Source: an uncultured Clostridia bacterium (GTDB lineage: Bacteria; Bacillota; Clostridia; TANB77; CAG-508). From it: DNA of 64,000 nt. Each line of letters begins with the position of its first letter. Position 1 is the stretch's first letter. Below the pieces are notes generated by a model. It ran no database searches. It had not been told where the DNA came from and saw nothing but the letters and a program-made list of their open reading frames with translations. The DNA lies in the NCBI GenBank assembly GCA_963558405.1, contig CAUWGC010000007.1, positions 23,166 to 87,165 of the forward strand. The letters run 5' to 3'. Of this stretch, positions 62,059-64,000 are shown piece by piece. A program made the position numbers and the translations under genes.

Positions 62059-63378
62059 ATGTATAGAAAGATTATAACAGAATTAAAAGAATGGAAGGAT
62101 AAAAAAGATAGATTACCACTTATTTTAAAAGGTGCAAGACAAGTTGGAAAGACTTGGATTTTACAAGAATTTGGAAAAGAATACTTCGATGATGTTTTAT
62201 ATATAAATTTTGAAAATTCAGGAAACATAGCAAACTTATTTGCAGGAAACATAGAACCAAGTAGAATTATAGAATATTTATCAGCACTTAATCATAAAAA
62301 AATACAACCTGAAAAAACATTAATAATATTTGATGAAATTCAAGAGTTGCCAAGAGCACTTACATCTTTAAAATACTTTGCAGAAGAAATGCCAGAATAC
62401 GCAATATGTTGTGCTGGAAGTTTACTTGGAGTGTTTTTACATGACAAAGTCTCTTTCCCAGTTGGAAAAGTTGATTTTCTAGAATTACAACCATTGGATT
62501 TTGAAGAATTTTTAATTGCTAATGGAGAAAAAACTCTAATTGATGTAATTAGAAAAAATGAATTAGAACAATTACCAGATTTAATAACAGATAAATTAAA
62601 AGATTACTTAAAAAAATATTTTGTAATAGGTGGAATGCCAAGAGCAGTAAAAACTTGGATTGAAGAAAAAGATTTTGAACTTGTAGAAAAAGTACAAAAA
62701 GGTATTTTGGAAGCATATGAAAGAGATTTTTCAAAACATACAGATAATAATACAGCAACCAAAATACAATATGTTTGGAATAGTATACCATCACAATTGG
62801 CAAAAGAAAATAGAAAATTTATATATGGTGTTGTAAAAGATGGTGCAAGAGCCAGAGAGTATGAAAATTCAATTAATTGGTTAAGAGACACAGGTTTAGT
62901 AAGAATAGTAAACAGAGTAAAATGTGGAGATAAACAGCCTTTAAGAGCTTATGAAGATATAAAAGCCTTCAAAATATATTTGCTTGATGTTGGATTATTA
63001 AGAGTTCTATGTGAATTACCTTATGAGACTATAATTGAGAAGGATTTAATTTATAATGAATTTAATGGTTTACTTACAGAGCAATTTGTACTTCAAGAAT
63101 TAGAAAATATTAAAAAAGTAAATACTATATATTATTGGTCAAACGAATTTCAAAGCGAAGTAGATTTTGTATTTTCATATAAAAATTTAATAATACCTGC
63201 TGAAGCAAAAGCAGGGGTTAATGTTAAAGCTCAAAGCCTAAAAGTATATATGAAAGAATATAATCCTAAAATTGCTATAAGATACTCTTTGTTAAATATA
63301 AAGTTTGATAATAAAATTTTAAATATTCCATTATATGCTATTTGGAATACTGAAAATTATATAAAAGAGATAAATTAA
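62059..63378 (+). CDS. AAA_14 ATPase + DUF4143 protein
   Basis: GARQVGKT, FDEIQ, GGMP, DVGLL, EVDF...EAK. Confidence 0.9.
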   Translation: MYRKIITELKEWKDKKDRLPLILKGARQVGKTWILQEFGKEYFDDVLYINFENSGNIANLFAGNIEPSRIIEYLSALNHKKIQPEKTLIIFDEIQELPRALTSLKYFAEEMPEYAICCAGSLLGVFLHDKVSFPVGKVDFLELQPLDFEEFLIANGEKTLIDVIRKNELEQLPDLITDKLKDYLKKYFVIGGMPRAVKTWIEEKDFELVEKVQKGILEAYERDFSKHTDNNTATKIQYVWNSIPSQLAKENRKFIYGVVKDGARAREYENSINWLRDTGLVRIVNRVKCGDKQPLRAYEDIKAFKIYLLDVGLLRVLCELPYETIIEKDLIYNEFNGLLTEQFVLQELENIKKVNTIYYWSNEFQSEVDFVFSYKNLIIPAEAKAGVNVKAQSLKVYMKEYNPKIAIRYSLLNIKFDNKILNIPLYAIWNTENYIKEIN

Positions 63379-63617
63379 AAATATGGACTTATAGTGATAA
63401 AATTGTAAATTTAATTTGAAGGTAATGAAAGAAAAATTAAATGGTATAGAGTTGATTGTGGATACAAACAGCTTACTACAATAAAAGATTTAGAGAGTAC
63501 CTTCAAAATTTTGAACTAGATGATGAATCTTCAGAAGAAAGTAAGAAATTACTTATTATGCTAAAGAAACAATAATTGCATTAAAAACAAAAAACTGATT
63601 TACCATTGTAAATCAGT

Positions 63618-63634
63618 CAGACTGTTGACAAAGT
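63618..63634. mobile_element. possible isolated IS terminal repeat (IS1182-like)
   Basis: CAGACTGTTGACAAAGT directly after the hairpin at 63594-63617; resemblance recalled, not searched. Confidence 0.35.
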
Positions 63635-63649
63635 ATATAAAAATATTTT

Positions 63650-63952
63650 GTACAAGTGCTAAGCCCAATATTTGAAGAGGAATTTAATGATAACAGTTTT
63701 GGATTTAGACCAGGTAGAAGTTGTGAACAAGCAGTAATAAGGGCATTAGAATATCTAAATGATGGATATGACTGGATAGTAGACATTGACTTAGAAAAGT
63801 TCTTTGATACAGTAAATCAAGATAGACTAATAACAATAATAAGAAGGACAATAAAAGATGGAGATGTAGTATCATTAATAAGAAAGTATCTAGGTGCAGG
63901 AGTAATGGAGAAAGGAATAATAAAACCAAGCAAAGTAGGAACACCACAAGGT
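63650..63952 (+). pseudogene. internal fragment of a group II intron reverse transcriptase
   Basis: SFGFRPGRS, VDIDLEKFFD, LIRKYL, GTPQG, then similarity ends and the frame stops at 63991; no YADD and no N-terminus. Confidence 0.88.
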
Positions 63953-64000
63953 TATAGAAACTTTATTATTATGGAAAGTAATATGATATAATACTTGCAG

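Noticed and set aside
63382-63575. Fragmented coding-like sequence after the AAA gene
   Set aside because: Multiple stops and frame changes, no recognisable motif

Overview
Very AT-rich chromosomal window from a spore-forming Clostridia-like Firmicute (spoIIM, ytfI/ytfJ, spoVB-like, dacF-like; sigmaA promoters and AGGAGG RBSs). Left end (1-2.2 kb) is a small accessory patch: a PemK/MazF-like ORF missed by the ORF track, a divergent Maf and a Phd/RelE TA pair. 2.4-28 kb is mostly housekeeping (ftsY, pgsA, ligA, tmcAL, rnhA, coaE, yqxK-spoIIM-xerD, cmk-plsC-S1-typA) and also holds an internally deleted coaD, a degenerate HD-GYP operon and a candidate standalone sRNA. 28-50 kb is a Wzx/Wzy surface-polysaccharide locus with an AATGal-type initiation set, two separate pyruvyltransferase + FrhB-like Fe-S flavoprotein pairs, a frameshifted GtrII-like gene and a probable pseudokinase. 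50-59 kb holds glmM, metG, tmk, copZ, a DUF4358-MBOAT-DHHW trio and spoVB. The right end is a decaying accessory region: GH3 with an apparent ACG start, gene relics, an AAA/DUF4143 gene behind three repeats at exact 33-bp spacing, and a group II intron RT fragment. No rRNA, tRNA or CRISPR array was seen. Family calls come from motif recognition by eye; no searches were run.
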